Part shown: piece by piece, positions 62,966 to 64,000 of the stretch
How positions within the stretch are numbered: position 1 is the stretch's first letter
Layout of the letters: each line of letters starts with the position of its first letter
Assembly (NCBI RefSeq): GCF_006345805.1
Contig: NC_042997.1
Coordinates: forward strand, 44,268,001-44,332,000
Length of the DNA: 64,000 nucleotides
Reading direction: 5' to 3'
From: Octopus sinensis
Taxonomy: Eukaryota
Notes under the pieces: generated by a model
The model's database searches: none
What the model saw: only the letters and a program-made list of their open reading frames with translations
What the model was told of the DNA's origin: nothing
Translations under genes and position numbers: made by a program

Positions 62966-64000
62966 GCTACTTTAAGAAAACTTTTTCTCCTAGCCTTACT
63001 CTACTTGACATTTTTGATTTTTTTTAAGATACTTTATTTTTAGATGAGGTATTGTGTTTTCCATACCTGTTATGCAAACTGTCAGATTTAACCTGAACAC
63101 CCTGTAGAATCAATCATAGCTTATGATAGAGAATCACAAAATGTTCTTAAAATATAGAATTACATATAAAGGCAGTGAGCAGGCAGAATCATTATCACAC
63201 TGGGCAAAATGCTTAGTGGCCTTTTGTCCATCTTTATGTGCTGAGTTCAAATTCTGATGAGGTCAACTTTGCTTTTCATCCTTTCAGGGTTGATAAAATA
63301 AGTACCAGTTGAGCGCTGGGGTCAATGTAATCAACTTACCACTTCACCCAAAATTGCTAACCTTGTGCCAAAATTTGAAATCAATATATAATCATATATA
63401 GTTGATGTATATATAACCAATTATAGTTCATGTAAGAAGAGTTTCCCCCCGTAGGTGCTCAGGTTTCCAGACTGGAGAGGATAGACCAAAGACAAGTGCA
63501 ACGATGTCTATGAAAAATAAGGACATCATATTTTTCTCATTTTGAACCTTTGAACTCACTTTTCTTTACAGACCATACATATCTATCCCCTCTTTTGTTA
63601 ATGGAGTTGGTTTTGCCATGTACTGTTCCTATGCTAATGCAAACCTTAAAAAAAAAAAAAAAAAAAAATTAAAAAAAAGGCATCAACATCACTGCAGCTA
63701 TTTTATATTTATCACTGATGCTGCTTTCTTGATTTATGAATGAAGTTAATTCGCTCCTACTTACCAATTTGTGGAATTCTTTTCCCTAAGTGACAGCAGC
63801 AAACATCATCCAAATAAAGTATTGATTTCATCTGTGAAAATAAAAACCTGACACTCACATCTTCTGTTTCAACTGACCTACATTGCAATAACTTCGTTCC
63901 TTATAAAATAAAACTGCCTTTTTATTTATTTATGTAATTACTTATTCATTTATTTCTTTACTTATTTATCTATTTTTAACTGCCAGAGGTTGAACTCATT

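Noticed and set aside
63440-63650. Strong-looking acceptors (tttccccccgtag, ttttctttacag)
   Set aside because: Following frames stop early or lack a donor; cannot be supported as exons without RNA data.

Overview
AT-rich eukaryotic DNA made almost entirely of transposable elements and microsatellites. The SINE/LINE families look like those of an octopus (inferred from family recognition, not checked by search). No host protein-coding exon can be confidently called; the long ORFs in the track are microsatellite read-through or TE-derived. Content: four Penelope-like elements (PLEs; RT and/or GIY-YIG), each with an inverted pseudo-LTR (pLTR) at its 5' end; several pLTR-only derivatives; RTE, CR1-group and Tx1/L1 LINEs; at least four tRNA-derived SINE families; Tc1/mariner remnants; a non-autonomous Helitron with a complex local rearrangement; a probable solo LTR; and one CpG-rich island with a CRE site and a splice donor (candidate promoter/first exon). 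The most notable signal is about 15 type I hammerhead-ribozyme motifs in PLE pLTRs and in small (TA)n-embedded elements. Across families the catalytic-core 3-8 pair covaries (C3:G8, U3:A8, A3:U8), and a U4-to-C variant recurs. All folds were done by eye; none has been computed or tested.
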